NCBI GenBank assembly: GCA_019312665.1
Contig: JAFDCZ010000001.1
Location: 40,098-104,097, forward strand
Length of the DNA stretch: 64,000 bases
Origin: Deltaproteobacteria bacterium
GTDB taxonomy: Bacteria; Myxococcota_A; UBA9160; UBA6930
Direction: 5' to 3'
Shown here: one piece after another, positions 24,695 to 34,193 of the stretch
How positions within the stretch are numbered: the stretch's first letter is position 1
Layout: every line of letters begins with the position of its first letter
Position numbers and translations under genes: made by a program
Notes under the pieces: model-generated
Seen by the model: only the letters and a program-made list of their open reading frames with translations
What the model was told of the DNA's origin: nothing
Database searches by the model: none

Positions 24695-27594
24695 ACCCCA
24701 CGCGTCGGCAGTTCCTGAAGCTGTCGGGCGCGGCAGCGGCGGCCACAACCGGCCTTCCCCTCTTCCACTTCCGGATCGCGGAAGCCTCACAGCCGGCTCC
24801 GAAGCTCGCGAGCTGGGAAGACCTCTACCGAGAACGGTGGACCTGGGATTCCATCGTCAAGGGATCCCACGGTTGGGCCAATTGCCGCAGCGCGTGTGCA
24901 TGGGATCTCTACGTCAAAAACGGGATCGTCGTTCGCGAAGAGCAGAATGCAGCCTACGAGGCCTCGGAGCCGGGCGTCCCGGACTTCAACCCTCGCGGAT
25001 GCCAGAAGGGGGCTTGTTACACCGAGGTGATGTATGGCCCCAGCCGTCTCAGCGTGCCGATGAAGAGAGTCGGAGAGCGCGGTTCGGGCCAGTGGCAGCG
25101 CATCAGCTGGGACGAGGCCATCGACGAGATCGCGACGAAGATGTTGATCCTCGCCGAAGAACATGGAACGGACACCATCTACCAGGATCTGGGGCCCAAC
25201 TTCGATCACGGCGCAACGACCGTGGGCCGTTTCAAGTTCCAGATGAAGGCCGGCGGGATGTTCGCCGACATGTGGGCGGAGATCGGCGATCTCAACATCG
25301 GCGCCACGCTGACCCTCGGCATGGCACATATCGGCGGCTCCAGCGACGAGTGGTTCCTCTCCGACTTCCCGGTGGTGTGGATGATGAACCCCGCCGTCAC
25401 GCAGATCTCCGACGTGCACTTCCTGTTCGAGGCCCAGCACAACGGCTCTCAGCTCACGGTGATCGACCCCCAGTACAGCGCCACCGCGGCCCACGCCGAT
25501 CTGTGGCTTCCAATCGAAACCGGCACCGACGCAGCGCTCGGGCTCGCGGTCGCCCGCCACATCTGGAGCAGCGGGAACCTGGACGTCGAGTACGTGCGCG
25601 AGCAGACCGATTTCCCGCTCCTGGTGCGCCTGGACACCGGGCGCTTCCTACGAGGCACAGACCTTCTGCCGGACGCGAAGCAGACCGGAAAGGAAGACCT
25701 CCTCTTCCTGTGGAATCCGACCATCGGACGCGCTGAGCCCGCGCCGGGCTCGCCGGGGGCAGACCAGGGCAAGTTGATCGTCGAGGGCTTCACACCGCCC
25801 ATCGAAGGGACCTTCCTGGTCGCGCTGGCCGACGGTTCGGAGGTCGCCGTCAGCACGGCAGGCAGCATCCTGCGCGAGCATCTCGACCCCTGGACCTTCG
25901 CGGCCGCAGCGGAGGTGACCCGCCTCGCCCCGGAGGTGATCAAAAGGTTCGCCGATGGTTTCGCCAACGCGGAACGCCCCATGATCCTTTCGAGCTGGGG
26001 GTCGAACCGCTTCCTGCACTCGGACCTGATGAATCGCACCAAGCTTCTGTGTCTGGCGATGAAGGGAGCCATCGGCAAGCGGGGTGCCGGATACCAGGCG
26101 ACGGGCATGATGGGCATGGCAGGATTCGGCTCGGCGTTGCAGATGAACCGGACCGGGATCCTGGGCCGACTTGATCTGATGCTCGGCTTGATGTCGCCCG
26201 GAGAACTCTTCGACACGGCGGTGGATCTCGTCAAGCGTCGCAGGAGTTACGAAGACGTGATCTTCGAACAGGCCACCACTGGAGAAGACAAGTCCGTCTG
26301 CGCCACCAACGTCTCCACCCTGAACTATCATCATCAAGGCATCGCGGAACGGCTCGAGATGGAAATCGACGGTCAGTACCCGCGATCTCTGGGAGCCTAC
26401 GTCCGAGAAGCCGAGGAGAAGGGCTGGCAGCACAAGCTGCCCCGCAGCGGTCAGCCGCGGGTCTACATCACCGGCGGGAGCAATCTGCTGCGCCGGGGAA
26501 ACCAGACCCAGGCGATGCTCCAGAACATGTGGCCGGGCATCGACCTCGTCGTCGCCATCGACCAGAAGATGAACTTCACGGTGATGAACTCGGACTACAT
26601 CCTCCCGGCTGCCGGCTGGTACGAGAAGCCCGGCATCAAGTACGCCATGTCCTACATCCCCTACCTCCACTACTGCGACGTCGCGGTGAAGCCCCTGGGC
26701 GAAGCCAAGGACGAGTGGGAGATCTTCTGGCTGCTCTCGAAGAAGATCGAGGAGATCGCGAAGCTCCAGAACACGCCCACATTCGATGGCTGCGGCAAGT
26801 TTCCCGTCGACTGGAAGAGGCTCCACCAGGATTACTCATGCCAGGGCGAGTACGGCCCGAAGGACGCGGAAAAGGTCACCCAGCACGTCATCGACAACAG
26901 CCCGTCGGTGGCCGGAATCAGGATCGAAGATCTGAAGAAGACGGGTATCGAGAAGTTCCGCAACACAGGCCTCAACATGAGTCCCTCGTTCATGTTCAAC
27001 CCGGACTGGAAGGGCGAAGGCGTCCTGTCAACGCTGACGCACTTCACGAAATACAAATGGAGCTGGCCCACGTTCAGTGGGCGCCAGCAGTTCTACATCG
27101 ACCATCCCTGGTTCCTGGAGGCAGGCGAGGCGCACCCCGTGCACAAGGCGAGCCCGAAGGCGGGCGGCGACTATCCCTTCCGGCTCGTCTCGTGCCATAG
27201 CCGCTGGAGCATCCACAGCACCTGGCGCGACCTGCCGATGCTGCTCCGCCTCCAGCGGGGAGAGCCCGCGATCTACCTCAACGAGGCAGAGGCCTCGGAT
27301 CTGGGCTTGGCGGACGGCGAGTGGGCGGAGCTCTACAACGACCTCGACACGATGAGAATGCGCATCAAGTACTCGACCATGGTGCGCCCGGGCGTCGCCT
27401 ACTACTTCCACGGTTGGGACCCGAGCCAGTTCCCCGAACACAAGAGCTACAAGTGGCTGATTCCCGGCCTGATGAATCCGCTTCACATGGCGGGTGGACA
27501 GGGGCATCTCCACTTCGGAATCAATCATCTGGAATCCGGGGCCTTCATCCGGGACACGCGCGTGGGAATCCGCCCATGGGCCCGAGAGAGTTGA
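24691..27594 (+). CDS. Type II DMSO-reductase-family Mo-bisPGD alpha subunit, EBDH/S25DH-like, paralog 3; no adjacent beta/gamma
   Basis: The track ORF starts at GTG 24658. I prefer GTG 24691, which gives (M)NPTRRQFLKLSGAAAAATTGLPLF as a Tat signal. SHGWANCRSACAWDLYVKNG and NPRGCQKGAC (FS0 motif), AEIGDLNIGATLT (candidate Mo-ligand Asp). Collinear with paralogs 1 and 2, roughly 50% identical by eye. Confidence 0.85.
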   Translation: MNPTRRQFLKLSGAAAAATTGLPLFHFRIAEASQPAPKLASWEDLYRERWTWDSIVKGSHGWANCRSACAWDLYVKNGIVVREEQNAAYEASEPGVPDFNPRGCQKGACYTEVMYGPSRLSVPMKRVGERGSGQWQRISWDEAIDEIATKMLILAEEHGTDTIYQDLGPNFDHGATTVGRFKFQMKAGGMFADMWAEIGDLNIGATLTLGMAHIGGSSDEWFLSDFPVVWMMNPAVTQISDVHFLFEAQHNGSQLTVIDPQYSATAAHADLWLPIETGTDAALGLAVARHIWSSGNLDVEYVREQTDFPLLVRLDTGRFLRGTDLLPDAKQTGKEDLLFLWNPTIGRAEPAPGSPGADQGKLIVEGFTPPIEGTFLVALADGSEVAVSTAGSILREHLDPWTFAAAAEVTRLAPEVIKRFADGFANAERPMILSSWGSNRFLHSDLMNRTKLLCLAMKGAIGKRGAGYQATGMMGMAGFGSALQMNRTGILGRLDLMLGLMSPGELFDTAVDLVKRRRSYEDVIFEQATTGEDKSVCATNVSTLNYHHQGIAERLEMEIDGQYPRSLGAYVREAEEKGWQHKLPRSGQPRVYITGGSNLLRRGNQTQAMLQNMWPGIDLVVAIDQKMNFTVMNSDYILPAAGWYEKPGIKYAMSYIPYLHYCDVAVKPLGEAKDEWEIFWLLSKKIEEIAKLQNTPTFDGCGKFPVDWKRLHQDYSCQGEYGPKDAEKVTQHVIDNSPSVAGIRIEDLKKTGIEKFRNTGLNMSPSFMFNPDWKGEGVLSTLTHFTKYKWSWPTFSGRQQFYIDHPWFLEAGEAHPVHKASPKAGGDYPFRLVSCHSRWSIHSTWRDLPMLLRLQRGEPAIYLNEAEASDLGLADGEWAELYNDLDTMRMRIKYSTMVRPGVAYYFHGWDPSQFPEHKSYKWLIPGLMNPLHMAGGQGHLHFGINHLESGAFIRDTRVGIRPWARES

Positions 27595-27760
27595 GGCGCG
27601 GAACGAAGCACCCTGGCGGACCCCAGCGCGACGCTCCTCCAAACACCCGCTGGCGATGGCCTTGGACCCGAACAAGTGCAGCCGAGGCATACATCGACAT
27701 CGCGTAGCAAGCACTCGGCCCTGCCCGTCGCTGTCTCCGAGCGCTGCGGGGGATCGCCCG

Positions 27761-29242
27761 CTATTGCATCTTCTGGCGTCGGCGGAGTTCGTGCCCGACG
27801 AGCCGGGCTACCTCCGTTCCGGACAGAGTGGCCTGGTGAGTCCCCATTCCAGCGGCGCCCGCATCGGTGCCCGCGTAGTAGAGGCCGCGGATCGGCGCCG
27901 TGACCGACGGTTTATCCCTGCCGCATTGCCCTACGACCTGGCCCAAGCCGACGCACTCGCCCCCTTGTCCGGGAAGCACGGCATCACGGGTCAGGCTGCT
28001 GATCTCCCTGGGGCCCGCGTACTCCCGACGCTCCGTCGCCGCCCAGATTTCCGGGAAGAACCGCTGCATCTGCTTGTCCATCACCTTCCACAGCCCCTCG
28101 ATCTCCTTGGCGTCGGGATCGGGTGAACAAATCGTACCGGAGACCAGCACCTGCTTGCCGGGAGGGGCCGCCTTTTCGTCGTAGAAGGAGTGGTTGACCA
28201 TGAAGAGGATGACCTCATCGGGGATGTGGCCCTCCTTCATGCGAATGAAACGCTCCATGTCGATCCAGCTCTCGTCCGCGTAGGCCACGTACATGGCGAC
28301 GTCCATCACCGGCTTGTCGAGGAAGTAGCGGACGCTGGTGAAGGCCCAGCCCGGGACCAGCCCCTTGACGTAGTTCGCGTAGCTTCGGTCGAAGTGCTCC
28401 TCGCCCACCAGCTTCAGCACGGTCGGCTGGATGCCTGCACTACTGACCACGATCGGGGCGCGGAAGGTCCCCTGGGCCGTGACCACCCCCGTGGCGGCGC
28501 CATTCTCGATGACGATCTTCTCCACGCGAGCGTTCGTGATCATCGTCCCGCCGTTCTTCTCGAACTCGCGGATCATCACCTTGGCGAGGGTCCCGAATCC
28601 CCCTTTGTACTGCCCTCCCCCGCCTTGCAGCATCATTTGCCGCATGATGCGGACCTGCTCGGAGGCAGACACCAGGTCGATCGGCTCGGCCAGGGAAGCG
28701 TTGGCGTGGAAGGCCAGGTAGCTGTAGAGCTCGAAAGGGACGTCCTGCTCGATCAGGTACTCGTGCATCGTGAGGTCGTCGAGGCGGTCGATCTCTTCTT
28801 CGGGCATCGTGACGAGGCCCGTCATGAAGGCGAGCACTTTCTGCTCGGCTTCCGTGTCCATATCCCACAGCTTGAAGAATGGCGTCGGATCGGCCATCGC
28901 CTGGCCCTGAACGGTGAAGCGGTACTCGTCCCAGCCTCGCTTGCGGTAGGCGATCTTGATGATGTCGCGGTCGTCGTCGGGCTCGAGGGCGGGCTCGAAC
29001 TCATCGCGGACGCCGAGTTCGTCGAAGATCGCTTCGAACTGCGAGCCACGCATGGGAACCTGGCCGTGGGGGAAGAGATCGTAGGCGTAGCCGTCCTTCT
29101 CGATGCTGACCATCTTGCCGCCGACAAAGTCGTTCTTCTCGACGATCAGGGTCCGGATCCCCCGCTTCTGGAGAAGCGTCGCGCAGGAGGCCCCGCCTGG
29201 CCCGCTGCCGACCACGATCGCGTCGTAGCTCGTATCTTCCAT
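27761..29242 (-). CDS. Phytoene-desaturase (CrtI)-family FAD-dependent oxidoreductase, third copy
   Basis: 493 aa. SYDAIVVGSGPGGASCATLLQKRGIRTLIVEKNDFVGGK. C-terminal IRGLYYAGTDAGAAGMGTHQATLSG. Confidence 0.85.
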   Translation of the reverse strand: MEDTSYDAIVVGSGPGGASCATLLQKRGIRTLIVEKNDFVGGKMVSIEKDGYAYDLFPHGQVPMRGSQFEAIFDELGVRDEFEPALEPDDDRDIIKIAYRKRGWDEYRFTVQGQAMADPTPFFKLWDMDTEAEQKVLAFMTGLVTMPEEEIDRLDDLTMHEYLIEQDVPFELYSYLAFHANASLAEPIDLVSASEQVRIMRQMMLQGGGGQYKGGFGTLAKVMIREFEKNGGTMITNARVEKIVIENGAATGVVTAQGTFRAPIVVSSAGIQPTVLKLVGEEHFDRSYANYVKGLVPGWAFTSVRYFLDKPVMDVAMYVAYADESWIDMERFIRMKEGHIPDEVILFMVNHSFYDEKAAPPGKQVLVSGTICSPDPDAKEIEGLWKVMDKQMQRFFPEIWAATERREYAGPREISSLTRDAVLPGQGGECVGLGQVVGQCGRDKPSVTAPIRGLYYAGTDAGAAGMGTHQATLSGTEVARLVGHELRRRQKMQ

Positions 29243-29278
29243 GGCTTGGACCCCTCTACTGTTGGTGATGGAAGCCGA

Positions 29279-29947
29279 CTAGTCCTCGTCGCCCTCGCTT
29301 CGGAGCTGCGGGAAGAGCTGGAGGATCAGTGCGTCGATGAAGCGAGCCTGCCGTGCGATGCCCTCTTCAGAGAGAGGATCCTCGTCGAGGGTCTCCTTCA
29401 GAAGTGGAGCCAGGGCGAAGTGTCCAAACGAAACGTGGATGAACAAGGCGGCCAGCGAGGGAAGCAGGGGCTCTTCGAGGGGTTCCGGCACGGTCCCGCT
29501 CTTCAGCTCGCCGAGGATGAAGGCGAACAGCGGGCGCACCCACTTCCGGGCGACGGTCGGCAGGTACGGCCCCTCCGCCATGGCCTCGAGGTAGACGAGG
29601 CGCGAGAAGTCCGGGTGACCTGCGAGGTGGCACATCACCTCGCCCACCAGCGCACGGATCGATTCCCTCTCTCGGGGGCCTGCGGAGAAGCGCTCCAACG
29701 TCGTCACCAGGGGCGCGAGGCCGCGCTCGAGAACCGCCTCGTAGAGCGCGGTCTTGCTCGGGTAGTAGTTGTAGAGGGTGGCGCCGTTCACCCCGGCCGC
29801 GGCGGCGATCTCGCGCACGCGGGTGCCGGAAAGCCCCCGGCGAGCGAAGACGCTCTCGGAGGCATCCAGGATGGCCTTCTCGGTGAATGCGGCTCGCTCG
29901 GCCTGGGCGGCTCGTGCGGTCTCACTTTCGTTCGATTTTTCAGGCAC
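29279..29947 (-). CDS. TetR/AcrR-family transcriptional regulator
   Basis: 222 aa, GTG start. FTEKAILDASESVFARRGLSGTRVREIAAAAGVNGATLYNYYPSKTALYEAVLE. Lies 36 nt upstream of the CrtI-like gene on the same strand. Confidence 0.9.
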   Translation of the reverse strand: MPEKSNESETARAAQAERAAFTEKAILDASESVFARRGLSGTRVREIAAAAGVNGATLYNYYPSKTALYEAVLERGLAPLVTTLERFSAGPRERESIRALVGEVMCHLAGHPDFSRLVYLEAMAEGPYLPTVARKWVRPLFAFILGELKSGTVPEPLEEPLLPSLAALFIHVSFGHFALAPLLKETLDEDPLSEEGIARQARFIDALILQLFPQLRSEGDED

Positions 29948-29959
29948 TTATGAACCCGT

Positions 29960-30000
29960 CGCAGAACGAATAAACATTCATTTATCTTGAACAGTAGACA
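29960..30000. promoter_or_regulatory. AT-rich promoter/operator candidate upstream of the TetR/CrtI-like operon
   Basis: ATAAAcattcaTTTAT inverted repeat (29970-29985) inside gaacgaataaacattcatttatcttgaacag. The octamer TTTATCTT (29981-29988) also occurs at 23939-23946, upstream of the other CrtI-like operon. Confidence 0.25.
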
Positions 30001-30069
30001 ATTAGCCAACGCGGCATGATTCGCAAGGCTGCCCTTCGAGTTCCCCGGTCTGTCTTCGCCGGCTTGGGG

Positions 30070-31539
30070 TCAACATCGAGCCACTCGCCCTGCGGCCGCG
30101 CGGCCGGCCCGGCGGCCGAAGAAGGTGCCATCCGCCAGCGACAGTCCGCTGCTGTAGCCCTGGGCTGCCAGGCCCGACGTGGTACGACCCGCGGCGAAGA
30201 GCCCCGAGACGACTTCCCCGTCCGGGGTAAGAACGGCCCCGTCGGGCGTCGTACGCAGCCCGCCCATGGTGAACACGGCCCAGATTGCGGTTTCGGTCGA
30301 ATAGTCGAGAGCCGCGAACGGCGGCTGGACCAGAGGAACCAGATGGGCGGGGGCTTTGTGGAAGACAGGGTCCTCCCCTCGCTGGGCACCCCGATTGTAG
30401 AGTTCGAGAGTGCTCTGGAGGCTTCCCTCGGCAAAGCCCAGCTCGCGCTCCAGCTCCTCGAAGGTTTCGCCCACGGCGGCGATCTCGGTCGGCGGAAACG
30501 GCTTCTCGTAAATGGCGTCGTCAACGATCAGGTAGACCTGCCCGGCCTGGCCGTGCAGCGCTGCCTCACCAACGACCGTCTGGTAGGCGTCCTCGTTGAT
30601 GAAGCGCTGCCCCTGGCGATTCACCATCACACCCTGGATCTGAGACTTGGGCACCGTGAAGGGCAGCACGATGCTGGCGGTATCCATGCGAATGACGTCC
30701 GCCCCTGCGCCCATTCCCATGCGGATGCCCCGCCCGTCGTCACCATCGCAGCCCAGACGCATCTTGCACTTCCGGAGGAGCGGCGCGTAACGCTCGACCA
30801 TCTCGGTGTTGTTGATGAAACCGCCTGCCGTGAGGATCACAGCTTGGCGAGCACGGAAGTGGCGGAGCTTCCCCTCCACCTGGGCGACCGCGCCCACGAC
30901 CCGGCGCTCCTCGTCCAACACCAGCGTCTCGCATAACGTGTCCACTTGGGTCCGGGCGGCGGAGCGCTTCACGGAATCGAGCAGCCGGCGCATCAATATG
31001 GCCCCCGCCTCGATGGTTTCCTGCTGCACGGTGTGTCCGCGGGGCGCCGGCGTCGCGATGTCCCGGTAGGGGTGCGCCAGCTCACTCCCCGAGTAGCTCA
31101 AGCAATCGTCGGTAGGCGTGTAGGATCCATCGCCGTAGAAGGATTCCTTGAACGGGACGCCCTGGGCCACGAGCCAGTGGAAATGTTCCACGCAGTCGTC
31201 GCAGAAGAGCCGGATTTTCGGCTCGTCGGCACCGGGGCCACACGATGCCATCAGGTATGCGTACATCTCATCGGGCGAATCCTCGAAGCCGCACTTCTCC
31301 TGGATCGGCGTGCCGCCACCCAGGTAGATCTGGCCTGTGGAGAGAGCCGACGTGCCGCCGCCGCCACTGGCTCGCTCAAGTATCAGTGTGTCCGCCCCGG
31401 CGCTGCTGGCCTCGAGCGCCGCACAGGCCCCGGCGGCACCGAGCCCCACTACGACGACATCAGCCTCGTCGTCCCAAGCCGGTACCTCCCGCAGCGGCCG
31501 AATGGCTGCGGCACGTCCCATGTCGCGTCGTCGACCCAT
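30070..31539 (-). CDS. FAD-dependent flavoprotein dehydrogenase, FAD_binding_2 (KstD / fumarate-reductase flavoprotein-like) family
   Basis: ADVVVVGLGAAGACAALEASSAGADTLILERASGGGGTS. C-terminal MGGLRTTPDGAVLTPDGEVVSGLFAAGRTTSG. The start is uncertain: ATG 31539, ATG 31521, or GTG 31572, which would overlap the upstream gene. Confidence 0.8.
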   Translation of the reverse strand: MGRRRDMGRAAAIRPLREVPAWDDEADVVVVGLGAAGACAALEASSAGADTLILERASGGGGTSALSTGQIYLGGGTPIQEKCGFEDSPDEMYAYLMASCGPGADEPKIRLFCDDCVEHFHWLVAQGVPFKESFYGDGSYTPTDDCLSYSGSELAHPYRDIATPAPRGHTVQQETIEAGAILMRRLLDSVKRSAARTQVDTLCETLVLDEERRVVGAVAQVEGKLRHFRARQAVILTAGGFINNTEMVERYAPLLRKCKMRLGCDGDDGRGIRMGMGAGADVIRMDTASIVLPFTVPKSQIQGVMVNRQGQRFINEDAYQTVVGEAALHGQAGQVYLIVDDAIYEKPFPPTEIAAVGETFEELERELGFAEGSLQSTLELYNRGAQRGEDPVFHKAPAHLVPLVQPPFAALDYSTETAIWAVFTMGGLRTTPDGAVLTPDGEVVSGLFAAGRTTSGLAAQGYSSGLSLADGTFFGRRAGRAAAGRVARC

Positions 31540-31547
31540 CGAAGCGG

Positions 31548-32468
31548 TCAGCTCGCTTTCCGGTTCGGCCACAAGCCGAGAATCGTGTCGAGAATCTCGT
31601 CTGCAGCGTCGAGGCTTCCCATATGTCCCTCACGCGGACGAACCTTGAGCTCGGAGTCGGGGACGAGCCTTGCCTGGTGCTCGCCGTGATCCAACGGAAC
31701 GAGGTGGTCGGAGTCACCGTGCCAGAATCGGATCGGCACCTGGATGTCCCGCAGCGAGAAACCCCATGGCCTCGAGAAGAGCACCGCGTCGTAGATCGGC
31801 GCGTGCAGCTGGGAGCGACTGGCGCGGAGCATGTCATCGAGGAACATCTGCTTCATCTCAGGGCGGCTCATGACCTCCTGGTCGCCTTCGGGCATGGTGC
31901 CGATGAACAAGTCGAAGGCCTGGGAGGCCAACGGTCGGAGGGCGAACGCTGTGGCCCACACCAGGTGCCCGAGAGGCTGATGGAGAGCTTCCAGCAGCGG
32001 TGCGAAACGCCTGGCGAGAGCCACCGCCCCACCAACGGGAGCCTCATCACCGCAGACCGGCGCGACGCCCCCCAGCACGGCACCCGCAACGACCCGTTCC
32101 GGAAGCTCGTGTGCGCAGGCCAGCACGTAGGGACCACCCCCGGACAGGCCGACCACGCCGAAGCGATCGATGTTGAGCCGGTCGGCGATGTGCTCGATAT
32201 CGCGGGCGCCTTCGGCGACGCTCCGGTGGAGGTGGGGCGTCGAGCTGCCCACCCCCGGGCGTTCCACACCGATCAGACGTACACCGCGATCGGCTGCGAA
32301 TTCGCGTGCGCGCGGCGGGACCTGCCGGCGCCCGCCCGGTGTGCCGTGAAACCAGAAGATGGCTTCGCCGTCCGGATCGCCGTACTCGGCCACTCCAATC
32401 GAGCGACCGTCACCCACCTCGACGGTTCCTTCCATTCGTGCATCGGCAATAGGTGCATTCGTTTCCAT
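31548..32468 (-). CDS. Alpha/beta-fold hydrolase
   Basis: 306 aa. FWFHGTPGGR, nucleophile elbow VVGLSGGGPY (G-x-S-x-G) and a late HGDSDHLVP / EGHMG region. Confidence 0.85.
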   Translation of the reverse strand: METNAPIADARMEGTVEVGDGRSIGVAEYGDPDGEAIFWFHGTPGGRRQVPPRAREFAADRGVRLIGVERPGVGSSTPHLHRSVAEGARDIEHIADRLNIDRFGVVGLSGGGPYVLACAHELPERVVAGAVLGGVAPVCGDEAPVGGAVALARRFAPLLEALHQPLGHLVWATAFALRPLASQAFDLFIGTMPEGDQEVMSRPEMKQMFLDDMLRASRSQLHAPIYDAVLFSRPWGFSLRDIQVPIRFWHGDSDHLVPLDHGEHQARLVPDSELKVRPREGHMGSLDAADEILDTILGLWPNRKAS

Positions 32469-32528
32469 GTTGATCTCTGTCCTGTGCTGAAGCCTGTTGG
32501 TTGAAACCTCGAGGTCGTTGACGCCGCT

Positions 32529-34193
32529 TTACGGATCCCGGCGGCATACATCGGGAGCGTGAGCTTCGAATCGATCCCGCAGGACGTGTTCCCGGGGCTT
32601 TTCGGATGCGGTCTTCGGAATCTCGTCCATGAGTTGGAAGTAGCTGGGGACAAAGTTCGGCTCGAGGCCCGCGCGGCAATGGGCAAATAGCGCGGCCGGA
32701 TCGAAGGCATCCGCATTCCCAGGCACGATTGCAGCGACGACATCCCTCTCGCCGGGGGCCTCGGAAGCGGCTGGCACCCCGTAGACGAACACGTCGGACA
32801 CCTGGGGATCCTCGGCGATCCATTTCTCCACGAACCCGGGATTCACGAAGTCACCGTTGTGGCGGATTCCGCCGCCGGACCGATAGTCGAAATACAACCA
32901 ACCCTCCGCATCCCGGTGTCCCATGTCCCCGCTGCGGTTCCAGCCGTCTCGGATCTTCTTTCGCGAGGCCTCCGGGTTCCCGAAATACTCGACGCTTGCC
33001 TCCCCGGCGCCTTCGGGGCGACAGCAGATCTCGCCGATGACACCGGATGCGCACTCCCTGCCATTCTCATCGAGTACGCGCATGTCGAGACCGCTCATGG
33101 GCTTGCCGAAGGAGCCCACCGGCCCGACGCCGGCCGGCTTGTAGGCCATGCCCCCGCCGTCACTGGCGCCGTAGAACTCGAAGATCTGGACGCCGAAGCG
33201 ACGCTCGAAGGGCTCCCAGATCGCGGCCGGCATACCACCACTCACCACCATGCGCACCGGGTTTTCGGCGTCGTCCTCTCGCGGCGGTTCGCTGTAGATC
33301 GCGGTGGCCATTCCGCCCACCAGAGAGAAGCTCGTGCAGCCGTACCTGCGACAAACCTCCCACAGACTGGACTTGCTGAAGCTCCGGCTGATCACCGCCC
33401 TGTAGCCAGACATCAACGCCGGAGCCAGGGCCGTGGCCTGGGCGTTGTTGTGGGTGAAGGAGAGACCGGTGTAGGGACGTTCGTCTTCGCTGTAACCGAA
33501 GATCCCTCCCAACATGCCGGTTCCGCCGAAGCGCATGTGGTCGCCCACGATTCCCTTCGGATCCCCGGTCGTCCCCGACGTGTAGATGATCTGGAGCGGT
33601 TGCGAGACGTCCTCCACCCGCATCTTCACGCTCTCCGCCGGCGCGGACAGGACGGCGTCGAGCGATGCCACGTCCGGCATATCGGTCAATGATGTCGCGG
33701 CCGGGTCTCCGGATGCCAGGACCAGCAGCCACTCCAGGTCCGCGGCCTGGCCGCGCACCTCCAGCAGCGCCGGTGCGCTGTAGTCCGCGGAGATCACGCC
33801 GCGGCAGCCCGAGTTGCGCAGCAAGAAGGCCAGCTTCTCGCCCCTGGTCCTGGGATCGATCGGGACGAAGATGCAGCCCGTAATGGAAGCGGCGATCATG
33901 GCTTCGACGAACTCGGGGTGGTTGCGCATCATGATCGCGAAACGATCACCCGGTTGCATGCCGCCCTTGACCAGATTCGCGGCGATGCGATTGGCGTTGA
34001 TCTGGAGATCCGCATAGGTGCGCACCTCGTCCGGTGTCGCTCCTTTGTCGAGACTGAACCGTTCGAACGTCAGTACGTCCAGATCCGGTTTCTCCTCGGC
34101 GCGGAGCTGCACCAGGTCTGCCAGGATGAACGGACTTCGATCACGCATTCTACGACTCCGTGCGGAACGAAGCGTTCCGCATGGGCGATTCAT
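32529..34193 (-). CDS. AMP-forming acyl-CoA synthetase/ligase
   Basis: IIYTSGTTGDPKG AMP-binding motif and GDMGHRDAEGWLYFDYR. ATG 34193 overlaps the upstream thiolase stop as ATGA. The alternative start ATG 34148 gives MRDRSPFILADL. Confidence 0.85.
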   Translation of the reverse strand: MNRPCGTLRSARSRRMRDRSPFILADLVQLRAEEKPDLDVLTFERFSLDKGATPDEVRTYADLQINANRIAANLVKGGMQPGDRFAIMMRNHPEFVEAMIAASITGCIFVPIDPRTRGEKLAFLLRNSGCRGVISADYSAPALLEVRGQAADLEWLLVLASGDPAATSLTDMPDVASLDAVLSAPAESVKMRVEDVSQPLQIIYTSGTTGDPKGIVGDHMRFGGTGMLGGIFGYSEDERPYTGLSFTHNNAQATALAPALMSGYRAVISRSFSKSSLWEVCRRYGCTSFSLVGGMATAIYSEPPREDDAENPVRMVVSGGMPAAIWEPFERRFGVQIFEFYGASDGGGMAYKPAGVGPVGSFGKPMSGLDMRVLDENGRECASGVIGEICCRPEGAGEASVEYFGNPEASRKKIRDGWNRSGDMGHRDAEGWLYFDYRSGGGIRHNGDFVNPGFVEKWIAEDPQVSDVFVYGVPAASEAPGERDVVAAIVPGNADAFDPAALFAHCRAGLEPNFVPSYFQLMDEIPKTASEKPREHVLRDRFEAHAPDVCRRDP

